NCBI GenBank assembly: GCA_021208605.1 | Contig: JAJOJK010000002.1 | Coordinates: forward strand, 37,606 to 101,605 | Length of the DNA: 64,000 nt | Direction of reading: 5' to 3' | Origin: Candidatus Woesebacteria bacterium | GTDB taxonomy: Bacteria; Patescibacteriota; Microgenomatia; UBA1400; UBA1396 | Shown here: positions 38,884 to 47,008 of the stretch, piece after piece | Numbering within the stretch: position 1 is the stretch's first letter | How the letters are laid out: every line of letters starts with the position of its first letter | The notes under the pieces: generated by a model | Databases searched by the model: none | What the model was told of the DNA's origin: nothing | What the model saw: the letters and a program-made list of their open reading frames with translations, nothing else | Program-made: the position numbers and the translations under genes

Positions 38884-39901
38884 GCGTAGACCGGTCTTGT
38901 CTTTGATTATACAGGCGTTGCATGAGTCCTGTCAGTGTCCCAGACAAAACGGCCGTATCCGTCATGAATTGGTACCAGGGGTACAGAAGCCAGGATTGGG
39001 CAAAACGGAATCGGAAACGTCTGCCCTTAATACCAATATAGGCACTGAGAACAAGAAAAAGCGCAAAAACACTCCAAAATACTGAATTGGTGCGCCACAG
39101 CAGAAAAGCGGTCACTGCCAAAAAGAAAAGGTAGCGCATCCACATACTCGCATGTCCCCATCGCCATGTAGCAGCCAGCATGTCGCCACGAGTTAGGTGG
39201 AAAATCATACGCCAGTAGGCAAGCGCGGTTGTTCGCGGTGTCCAGACAACTTCTGCATCTGGCACAAAAACTGATTGGAATCCTTTCAATTCGGCGCGAC
39301 GCGACCACTCAAAATCTTCGGCATAGTTCAGATCATCTCGGAATGGGCCAATTTCTTGCCAGGCAGAAACACGCACCGCCATATTTCGCGTAGCGGGTAA
39401 GGGATGAGTCCCAATTTTTTCTCTCGACACTAACACAAATGCAGACTGAACTTCTTCTGCTGGTGAAGTCTCAGCGCCGCGAGTATAGCCAGAAACCAAT
39501 TGAACACCAGACAGTGAAAATGCGTGAATAATACTTTCGAGCCAAGAGGCAGACAGTTGGCAACCGGCGTCAGTAAAGCATACTACCGTTCCACTCGCTG
39601 CATCGACGGCACGGTTTCTTCCAGTAGATCGAGTAGCACTCCCTGGGATTGAAATAGCCTGTACTTTGATTCCTTTTGGACGCCAATTGTGCGCGACGCC
39701 AAGCGAATCATCACTCGATTCGGCCACAGTAATGACTACTTCATCAGGCAAAACAGTTTGTTTTTCTAAATCGTGCAGCAGTTCTTGCAGCGCAGCGGCG
39801 TCGTTTTTTACCGTTACAATCACTGAGAATCGCTGCTGCTGCATATGCGTAGTATCGCAAACCGTACACTTTTTGTCAGTATCAGGCGATATGGTTGACA
39901 C
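38876..39901 (-). CDS. Family-2 glycosyltransferase with C-terminal membrane anchor
   Basis: FSVIVTVKND followed by C-terminal TM helices. The start is likely the internal MQQQRFSV. Confidence 0.6.
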   Translation of the reverse strand: MSTISPDTDKKCTVCDTTHMQQQRFSVIVTVKNDAAALQELLHDLEKQTVLPDEVVITVAESSDDSLGVAHNWRPKGIKVQAISIPGSATRSTGRNRAVDAASGTVVCFTDAGCQLSASWLESIIHAFSLSGVQLVSGYTRGAETSPAEEVQSAFVLVSREKIGTHPLPATRNMAVRVSAWQEIGPFRDDLNYAEDFEWSRRAELKGFQSVFVPDAEVVWTPRTTALAYWRMIFHLTRGDMLAATWRWGHASMWMRYLFFLAVTAFLLWRTNSVFWSVFALFLVLSAYIGIKGRRFRFRFAQSWLLYPWYQFMTDTAVLSGTLTGLMQRLYNQRQDRSTHA

Positions 39902-41731
39902 ATGTCGCGATGGCTAATGCGTTTGGGAGTTGTGACCACTGTGTGGTGGAGCATGTGTTTTCTTTGCTCGCCAGCGCTTGCCACGTCTGTCTTCCAGTCT
40001 GATTTTTCTGATTCGATTGCCTGGCAAGAGGTGTTTAACAGCCAGGTTGATGCACCCGACCAGACGTGTCGTGGAGCAGATGGCGAGCACCATTGGTCTG
40101 TCGGAAATGGAGAGGCCAGACTGCAGATTACGCAAAGTGTGCCCTGTAAAGCAGTGATTGTCGCTCAAGAGGATATTCCATGGCCAGAAGTGGCTGATAT
40201 CTCCTTTGATATGGACCTAACGATCGCTGAAATGGACCGAAATCTGCTCATTCGTTGGCAGGACGCCAATAACTATCTTGGTTTTCACCTCTTTGGAAAC
40301 ACAGTGACACTAGAAAAGGTAATTGATGGAAACACGTATGCCGTTTCGCCCCAAGCAGTGTATTTTCATTTCGAAAATTTCAAGACGTACTCCGTTCGTA
40401 TGCACTATGACCAAACCGCTGGAGTAATTCGCCTTTGGTTTGATGACGAGCTGATCTATACCGGTCAGGAGCATTCATCAGACCCACAACTCACCAGAGG
40501 GAAACCCGCCCTCGGCGGCAGTGTTGGCGCGGTCCGTACATCCACAGTAGTTTTTCGTAATTACTCTTTGCAAGATATCGGTGAGGAACTTACGCTCTCT
40601 GTCCCAGCATTCCGCCAAAATAATCCGCTGTGGACCGAAATTGAGTATGACACAGCCAGTAGGTGGACTTCGGAATCACCGACGATCGGCCGCTGGGGTT
40701 GTGCCCTCACTAGCGCCGTGATGGTATTGCGGTATCACGGAATCACCGCTTTGCCAGATGGGCGGAGTATTGACCCTTTGACACTCAACACTTGGCTCCA
40801 CAACCAGCCGGACGGCTATATTTCTCCTGGACTAGTAAACTGGCGCGCTCTTACCCGGCTGACTTGGTGGCACAAAGAAGCATTCGGCACACCGGCACTA
40901 GAAATGCACTCTGAACTGCTGACCGAAAACGCAATAGCGTGGTCAAAAAACTCACTGCAGTCTGCGGTCCCACCGATTTTTGATCATGGCGGTCATTTCA
41001 CTGTCGGGTATGCGTATGGCCCAGGTGAATCTCAGATCCATCTGCATGATCCGTTGGGTGAAAAACAAACACTGCAGGACTATCATAATACTGTGCACTC
41101 GGCTCGTGTCTTTGTGCCAAGTCACACCGATCTGCGCGCAATCTCGTTACTGGTACAACCAGGAACACGCGCCACTTTTGCCAGCAACGATGAACCACTG
41201 CAGATTGAGCCAATACCGCTTTTTGCACTAGAAAGTGCCTCTTCTCTCCCTCTCTACTGGCTGTATGATCTCCCCCAACCGCCTGATTCACTCACTTTCA
41301 CCATCTCCACCCAACTTCCTGCCGATACTCCACAGCTGCTCACCTACGCTCGCGATGGTTCGCTCACAAGTCAAAAAACTTGGCTGCAGACGTCGCACAC
41401 TGACTTCCAAGGTTCCATTTACGCTACCGAAGATACCGTACAGGCAGATTTCTCTCTGCCTCCGCTCAACCAAAGCCAACCTGTTTTCTCGCCGCTCGCT
41501 CTGCATACTTGGCTGTCGTGGGGTGATATTCGTTCTCCTCTCATTACGCAGTTTGTGGCAGAACAGTATGCTCAGTTGCACAATGCTCCGACGCAAACTG
41601 AAGCCGAAGAGATCAGTAATTTCTTTATGGCCAAGCTTACCTCATGGCATCAGTTGAGTTGGATTACAGCGAGCTCCTATCAGGCCCTCACGCTGGCGTG
41701 GCACCAGAGCCTGCTCGATCGCTTCCCCTGA
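39902..41731 (+). CDS. Secreted two-domain protein: N-terminal concanavalin/LamG-like beta-sandwich plus C39-like (papain-fold) peptidase domain
   Basis: Signal peptide. GRWGCALTSAVMVLRYHGI matches the catalytic-Cys motif of C39-like domains, and HGGHFTVGYAY supplies a His. The start may be the MRLGVV codon at 39917. Confidence 0.5.
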   Translation: MSRWLMRLGVVTTVWWSMCFLCSPALATSVFQSDFSDSIAWQEVFNSQVDAPDQTCRGADGEHHWSVGNGEARLQITQSVPCKAVIVAQEDIPWPEVADISFDMDLTIAEMDRNLLIRWQDANNYLGFHLFGNTVTLEKVIDGNTYAVSPQAVYFHFENFKTYSVRMHYDQTAGVIRLWFDDELIYTGQEHSSDPQLTRGKPALGGSVGAVRTSTVVFRNYSLQDIGEELTLSVPAFRQNNPLWTEIEYDTASRWTSESPTIGRWGCALTSAVMVLRYHGITALPDGRSIDPLTLNTWLHNQPDGYISPGLVNWRALTRLTWWHKEAFGTPALEMHSELLTENAIAWSKNSLQSAVPPIFDHGGHFTVGYAYGPGESQIHLHDPLGEKQTLQDYHNTVHSARVFVPSHTDLRAISLLVQPGTRATFASNDEPLQIEPIPLFALESASSLPLYWLYDLPQPPDSLTFTISTQLPADTPQLLTYARDGSLTSQKTWLQTSHTDFQGSIYATEDTVQADFSLPPLNQSQPVFSPLALHTWLSWGDIRSPLITQFVAEQYAQLHNAPTQTEAEEISNFFMAKLTSWHQLSWITASSYQALTLAWHQSLLDRFP

Positions 41732-41751
41732 GGGAATGATATACTACAGCG

Positions 41752-42878
41752 ATGTTTTCCGGCTTTTGGAATGACTTACCAGCGCAGAGTATTGGCCTCA
41801 GTCCTATGGACGGAGTAACGGACCATCCGTACCGTTTTATCCAAAAGAAATACTCCAATCCAGATGTGATGATGACAGAGTTTACTTCAGCAGAAGGCGT
41901 CAGTCGTAATGCACTGAAACTCTTCCGCGATTTCCGCTTTGATGAAACCCAACGCCCGATTGTGGCGCAAATCTTTGGCAATGAGCCGCGCGCTTTTTAC
42001 ATTACGGCTGTGATTCTTTGTTACTTGGGTTTGACGGCATTGATATCAATATGGGCTGCCCGGCAAAAAGCGTACGCCAACATGGTTCTGGTGCCGCACT
42101 CATTCTCACTCCAGATCTGGCGCAAGAACTGGTCCGTCAAACGCGCCAAGGCATCCATGATTTTGTGAACGGTCTCGAGCTCGAGAGTATTCCCGAACTC
42201 AAACAAAAAACGCGCACCATGATCATGGAGCGGCACCGGGGGTTACCTCCTGAATACCAAGCCCGTCGCGAGATCCCGGTATCGGTAAAAACTCGTGTCG
42301 GTTTTGATGCGCCGGTAATTAAAGACTGGATCGAGACTCTGCTTGAAGTCGAACCAGCGGTAATCTCGGTGCATGGCAGAACGCTCAAGCAACTCTACAG
42401 CGGTTCAGCTAACTGGGACCTGATCGGGCAAGCTGCGGAAGTAGCCAAAAATACACCTACCAAAGTCTTTGGGAATGGCGATGTGCGCACCCCAGAACAA
42501 GCACAAGAGAAATTTGCGCACTACGGAGTTGACGGAATTTTAGTCGGCCGCGCCACGTTCGGAGATCCGTGGCTCATTGGCGAAATGCGTCGCTACCGCG
42601 ACAGTGACTGGAGCGCTGATTTTGAGTATCGCGAACCATCGGTCGAAAATCGCATCAATATTGCCATTGAGCACTCTCGTATCTATGCAGAGACTTACCC
42701 AAATGAACACTTCTTGCCGATGCGCAAACACTTAGCTTGGTATATTAAGGGATTCCCATTTGCCAGTGAGTATCGTGTGCGGTTGATGATGGCGGATTCG
42801 GCTGAAGAGGTAGAGAGTGTTTTGGAAGAGTTTCGTGGCAAACTCAACACTGGCACACCTAACGAAGCTCATCAATAA
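41752..42878 (+). CDS. tRNA-dihydrouridine synthase, split by a 1-nt frameshift near 42010-42020 (ORFs 41752..42168 and 42018..42878)
   Basis: The N-terminal part LSPMDGVTD...VAQIFGNEP and the C-terminal part GFDGIDINMGCPAKSV...HGRT (FMN/TIM barrel) lie in frames offset by one base. Confidence 0.7.
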
Positions 42879-43128
42879 TAAAGGTAGCATCATAGCTTCG
42901 CTCTAGGAGAGCTCTCGACACTTGCCGTTGGTCCATACTAAATGAAATATCGTTGGCATCTGTATAAATACCATCCCCACAATAGGTAATTATCTCACCA
43001 GGCTGCAACTCAAAAAAGCCTTCCTTCGATTGCACTCTTACCCGTCCATTTACCAAAAAATGGCTTCCGGCCATTCTGACAATTTCTTGGTGTGGAATAT
43101 ACTCGTATTCTTCTCGTCCAGTTAACAT
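42859..43128 (-). CDS. Small cupin-like protein (89 aa)
   Basis: Beta-rich; LQPGEIITYCGDGIY resembles a cupin strand. Weak call. Confidence 0.35.
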   Translation of the reverse strand: MLTGREEYEYIPHQEIVRMAGSHFLVNGRVRVQSKEGFFELQPGEIITYCGDGIYTDANDISFSMDQRQVSRALLERSYDATFIIDELR

Positions 43129-43216
43129 ATAAAACTTACTATAGGAAATAATACACGACTCATATTATTTTCAACATCTCCATTTTCTTGGGAAAGGATG
43201 CTACAATACTTACTTC

Positions 43217-43290
43217 GGCTGATTAGCTCAGTTGGTTAGAGCGTTCGATTCACATTCGAGAGGTCACAGGTTCGAATCCTGTATCAGCCA
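43217..43290 (+). tRNA. tRNA-Val (anticodon CAC)
   Basis: Acceptor GGCTGAT/ATCAGCC, anticodon loop TTCACAT and T-arm ACAGG-TTCGAAT-CCTGT. No CCA is encoded. Confidence 0.85.
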
Positions 43291-43343
43291 CTTTTTGCAG
43301 ATTTAGTAGATTTTTTTTAACTTATTCGATATAATTCTCGACC

Positions 43344-44096
43344 ATGGCTAAGAATATCAGAGAAACTTCAGAACAAAGATTACGTCGGTATCGAGATGCT
43401 GTTCGTAATTATAACTTTATTTTAAGCGATCTTACCTTTTCACAACGTTTTTCACAGGCGGAACTTGATAACAAGAAAGCCGTGCTCACCTGGACTACTG
43501 AAAACCCAGGTTTATTTCAAGACCTCCTTCTCCCTCGCTTCATACCCGACATTGCTGATACTCTCCAGCATGCTTCAAGCAGGGAGAAGTCTCATATAGA
43601 AACATTCGCCGCCTATATGCTGTACACCTATCTTGTTTTACCGCTTGTCATGGACGGTTTTGGAACCAATGATTCTGCTCGAGATACCTGGGAGAAAACT
43701 GTCCAAAACAACCACATGCTCCTTGGAAAACCGCTCATTGAAGAAAATGCCCTTCGGGTGAACCCAATGACAGATGTATTCGGTTCCGTGGAAATACTCC
43801 TCGACACGCCTGAAAATACTGAGCGAAACGATCAAACTATTTTGCAAAAAGGAAAACTCGCCCCGCATCCTCAACAGGTACTTGGCATGAATACCACGTT
43901 GCAAACGACAATTGCTCAAAACGATTTTTATAAGCAACTTCCACTGGAAGAAAAATTGGCATTTGTTCATAGCGTGCGATACCTCGCTGCGCAAGCACTG
44001 CTCGCCTATACACCACCACGTCTCCACCCAAATTTCCACCCCATGCATCTCATTGAGAGAACATACATGCGCCTGCGAGCCACCAAGATCCGCTAA
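43344..44096 (+). CDS. Hypothetical protein (250 aa), AT-rich, adjacent to tRNA-Val
   Basis: No motif recognised. Confidence 0.45.
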   Translation: MAKNIRETSEQRLRRYRDAVRNYNFILSDLTFSQRFSQAELDNKKAVLTWTTENPGLFQDLLLPRFIPDIADTLQHASSREKSHIETFAAYMLYTYLVLPLVMDGFGTNDSARDTWEKTVQNNHMLLGKPLIEENALRVNPMTDVFGSVEILLDTPENTERNDQTILQKGKLAPHPQQVLGMNTTLQTTIAQNDFYKQLPLEEKLAFVHSVRYLAAQALLAYTPPRLHPNFHPMHLIERTYMRLRATKIR

Positions 44097-44117
44097 GATC
44101 TGTGCTACCATAATTCC

Positions 44118-45068
44118 ATGCACATACTCGTCACTGGCGCCGCTGGCTTTATTGGATCGCATGTGGCGACAGCCTTACTGGAGCGCGGAGACACCGTAGT
44201 TGGCATCGATACTCTCAATGATTACTACAATCCAGCCTGGAAGCAAGCCAATCTGGATCGATTATCAGCATCTGACAACTTCTCTTTCCAAAAAATTGAC
44301 TTTTCTGAACGCGCTGAACTCGAGCCACTCTTTGCTCAAAACTCGTTTGACTGCGTTGTCCACCTTGGCGCTCGTGCCGGCGTGCGCCCATCAATTGTTG
44401 ATCCACTGCTTTACGAAAAAACCAACGTCCAAGGCACGCTGAATATTTTAGAAGCCATGCGCGAACACGGCGTCCAACAGATTGTAGCGGCCTCTTCCAG
44501 CTCGGTGTATGGCAACCAAACCAAGGTTCCCTTTTCAGAATCTGACCCCGCTAACGCCCCGATCAGCCCCTATGCCGCCAGCAAAAAAGCCTTGGAAATG
44601 TACTGCCACACCTACGCGCATTTGTATGGCATCCAAGCCACCTGCTTACGCTTCTTCACCGTCTACGGACCAAACGGCCGCCCCGACATGGCGCCGTATC
44701 TCTTCACGGAAGCTATCTTTACCGGCAAGCCGATCAAAAAATTCGGCACTGGCGAAACCAAGCGTGACTATACTTTCATTGACGACATCGTCGCCGGGGT
44801 TCTCGGCGCCATCGACACGCCCAAGCCATTTGCCATCTATAACTTAGGCAATCACACGCCGGTGAGCCTCAACGAGTTTATTGCCACGCTTGAAGACATT
44901 ATTGGCAAAAAGGCCATCATCGACCAATACCCCATGCAGCCGGGCGATGTAGAGATTACGTATGCCGATGTCACACGCGCGCAAGAAGATTTTGGGTATG
45001 AGCCCAAGACGCCGTTTGCCGAAGGGTTGCGGAGGTTTGTGGAGTGGTATCGGGAAAATCGGTTGTAA
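44118..45068 (+). CDS. NAD-dependent nucleotide-sugar epimerase (UDP-glucuronate 4-epimerase-like SDR)
   Basis: Rossmann motif TGAAGFIGS and catalytic YAASK. Confidence 0.75.
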   Translation: MHILVTGAAGFIGSHVATALLERGDTVVGIDTLNDYYNPAWKQANLDRLSASDNFSFQKIDFSERAELEPLFAQNSFDCVVHLGARAGVRPSIVDPLLYEKTNVQGTLNILEAMREHGVQQIVAASSSSVYGNQTKVPFSESDPANAPISPYAASKKALEMYCHTYAHLYGIQATCLRFFTVYGPNGRPDMAPYLFTEAIFTGKPIKKFGTGETKRDYTFIDDIVAGVLGAIDTPKPFAIYNLGNHTPVSLNEFIATLEDIIGKKAIIDQYPMQPGDVEITYADVTRAQEDFGYEPKTPFAEGLRRFVEWYRENRL

Positions 45069-45471
45069 CTATCGATTTCTCTGTGAAAACCAATGAGCAA
45101 TATCCTTTGTAACAGTCGGACCAGCTATCGTCACGGTAAAAAAGAAAAGCAATATGTACGGAGCGTAGTATCCGATATATTCGAGAACTTGAATTAACCA
45201 GTTACCGATAACCATAATTATCTCCATATGTACTGAGATAGTACCACAAAAAGGCACACGCCAGAATATTTATTCCATTTGCAATAACCGGTACCACCTG
45301 TATTCCAAGAACTGAACTCCACGTGATACCAAACGTAATTTGGAGAAGCGCGATTGATAAATCTCGGTAATCACGCTCACCAAGCCAATGCCAGAACCCT
45401 GCCATTCTCCTAAGAAGATTCGCACTCATAGGTTGTACTCTACCACCCAATCTGCACAAAAAAACGCACAA
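45069..45471 (-). CDS. Small polytopic membrane protein, apparently frameshifted (ORFs 45202..45471 and 45069..45257 overlap by 56 nt)
   Basis: Both pieces are hydrophobic. The position, divergent from a GtrB-like GT, suggests a GtrA-like or DUF-type accessory subunit, but the sequence match is weak. Confidence 0.3.
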
Positions 45472-45489
45472 CCTGCTATAGTAAAGAGC

Positions 45490-46401
45490 ATGTCAACGCC
45501 GTACATTTCCTTTATCGTGCCAGTCATGAATGAGGAAGAAAACGTGGCTCAACTGCACGCCGAAATTGTGGCTGCAGCCAAAAAGATCAATAAACCCTTT
45601 GAAATCATCTTTATTGACGACGGCTCCTCCGACAACACCTCCGCCGAACTGCAAAAACTCGATCCCATCACCATCCTGCGCATGCGCCGTAACTTTGGTC
45701 AGACCGCTTCCATGGACGCCGGCATCAAAGCCGCCCAAGGCGAGTTTTTGGTCACCCTCGACGGCGATCTGCAAAACGACCCCGCCGATGTACCGCAAAT
45801 GCTGCAAAAACTCCTCGACGAAGATCTCGACGTGGTCTGCGGATGGCGCAAACACCGCCAAGATTCCTGGAGCAAACGCTTTATTTCGCAGGGCGCCCGC
45901 TGGCTGCGTTCCTTCTTGGTGAGTGACGGCGTGCACGATTCCGGCTGCACGCTGCGCGTCTATCGCCAAGAATGCTTTGAAGGCGTCAACCTGCGCGGCG
46001 AAATGCACCGCTTTATTCCCGCTATTTTGAAGTGGCGCGGATTCCAAATTGGCGAAATGGTCACCAACCACCGCGCGCGTATTCATGGCACCACGAAGTA
46101 CAACTTCAAGCGCACGCTCAAAGGCTTTCTCGACATGCTGAGCCTGTGGTTCTTCCAGAAATACTCGGCGAGGCCGCTGCATTTTTTGGGAGGGATTGGA
46201 ATTTTGCTGGCCTTTGGCGGCGTGGCATTGCTTGCTTGGCTCTTCTTTGCCCGCCTTGTCTGGGGCTATAGCCTGAGCGACCGCATCTGGCCCCTGATGG
46301 CTATTTTCTTGATTTTGTTTGGGTTTCAGATGTTTGTGAGTGGGTTGATTATGGATTTGGTGATACAGCAAAAATCTGATAAAAACTACTTTTTAAAGTA
46401 A
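45490..46401 (+). CDS. GtrB/DPM1-like polyprenyl-phosphate glycosyltransferase (GT2 with two C-terminal TM helices)
   Basis: Motifs ISFIVPVMNEE, IFIDDGSSD and LDGDLQ, with C-terminal TM helices. The ORF-track start at 45388 is probably too early; the start at M 45490 is preferred. Confidence 0.75.
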   Translation: MSTPYISFIVPVMNEEENVAQLHAEIVAAAKKINKPFEIIFIDDGSSDNTSAELQKLDPITILRMRRNFGQTASMDAGIKAAQGEFLVTLDGDLQNDPADVPQMLQKLLDEDLDVVCGWRKHRQDSWSKRFISQGARWLRSFLVSDGVHDSGCTLRVYRQECFEGVNLRGEMHRFIPAILKWRGFQIGEMVTNHRARIHGTTKYNFKRTLKGFLDMLSLWFFQKYSARPLHFLGGIGILLAFGGVALLAWLFFARLVWGYSLSDRIWPLMAIFLILFGFQMFVSGLIMDLVIQQKSDKNYFLK

Positions 46402-46408
46402 TACTGGT

Positions 46409-47008
46409 ATGCATCACGCGATCTCTCAGGTAAATCAGGCAGTGAGAGCAGTCACTTTATCTGTTAAGCGTTTTATTTGGAACCTCATGTTTGCTTTGAT
46501 AGTTTTCGTGATGCTTTTAAGTAGCAGCTCTTTACTTTCTTTTCAGGCGCGTCTTCCCCTAAAGTCTTATTATTGGGTACTTCAGTTTGTGAGCCTCATT
46601 ATCGCTTCATGTGTTGCATATTCGGTAGGACAATTTGTTACTAAAAAGAAAAAAAGCACTCTCATTTATTGTGGCCTACTCCTTATTTTTGCTCCGATAA
46701 CCCTTTTGTTATTTATTCAGGGAACAAACACACTTTCCGCAATGAGAGTTCACTCACTCAGTAGCACTTCCTCCATACAAGGCGATTACATTTCTATTAA
46801 TGGACATAATTTTGGCGACGCATGGGAAGCTGGTACAGTTACCGTGGGAGGAACAAACTTTATTATTGTTCGATGGGAAAATGAAAAAGTCGTCATAAAG
46901 CAACCGGTGACAGAACCAGTTGATAACGCTGTTTTGCGCATCTGCAATGCACAAGATATCTGCGACGAATACAAATACTTTACTATTCTGGATCCGAGCA
47001 CTTTATGA
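46409..47008 (+). CDS. Membrane protein with a C-terminal IPT/TIG-like extracellular domain
   Basis: 2-3 TM helices followed by ISINGHNFG...VTVGGTNFIIVRWENEKVVIKQP. Confidence 0.45.
   Translation: MHHAISQVNQAVRAVTLSVKRFIWNLMFALIVFVMLLSSSSLLSFQARLPLKSYYWVLQFVSLIIASCVAYSVGQFVTKKKKSTLIYCGLLLIFAPITLLLFIQGTNTLSAMRVHSLSSTSSIQGDYISINGHNFGDAWEAGTVTVGGTNFIIVRWENEKVVIKQPVTEPVDNAVLRICNAQDICDEYKYFTILDPSTL

Noticed and set aside
41688-41981. 97-aa minus-strand ORF overlapping the dus start, and 42021..42236(-), 42137..42388(-)
   Set aside because: Antisense to the frameshifted dus gene. The dus motifs on the plus strand explain the region.
6014-43290. tRNA genes as attachment sites of an integrative element, with a search for integrases and transposases near all three tRNAs
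   Set aside because: No integrase, transposase, IS inverted repeats or phage structural genes were found anywhere in the window. Only compositional islets, reported as findings, remain.
45493-46371. 292-aa minus-strand ORF, and the 130-aa plus-strand ORF 45530..45922
   Set aside because: Overlapping frames inside the GC-rich GtrB-like gene, with low-complexity Ala/Gly/Pro-rich translation and no motifs. The GT2 reading is strongly supported.
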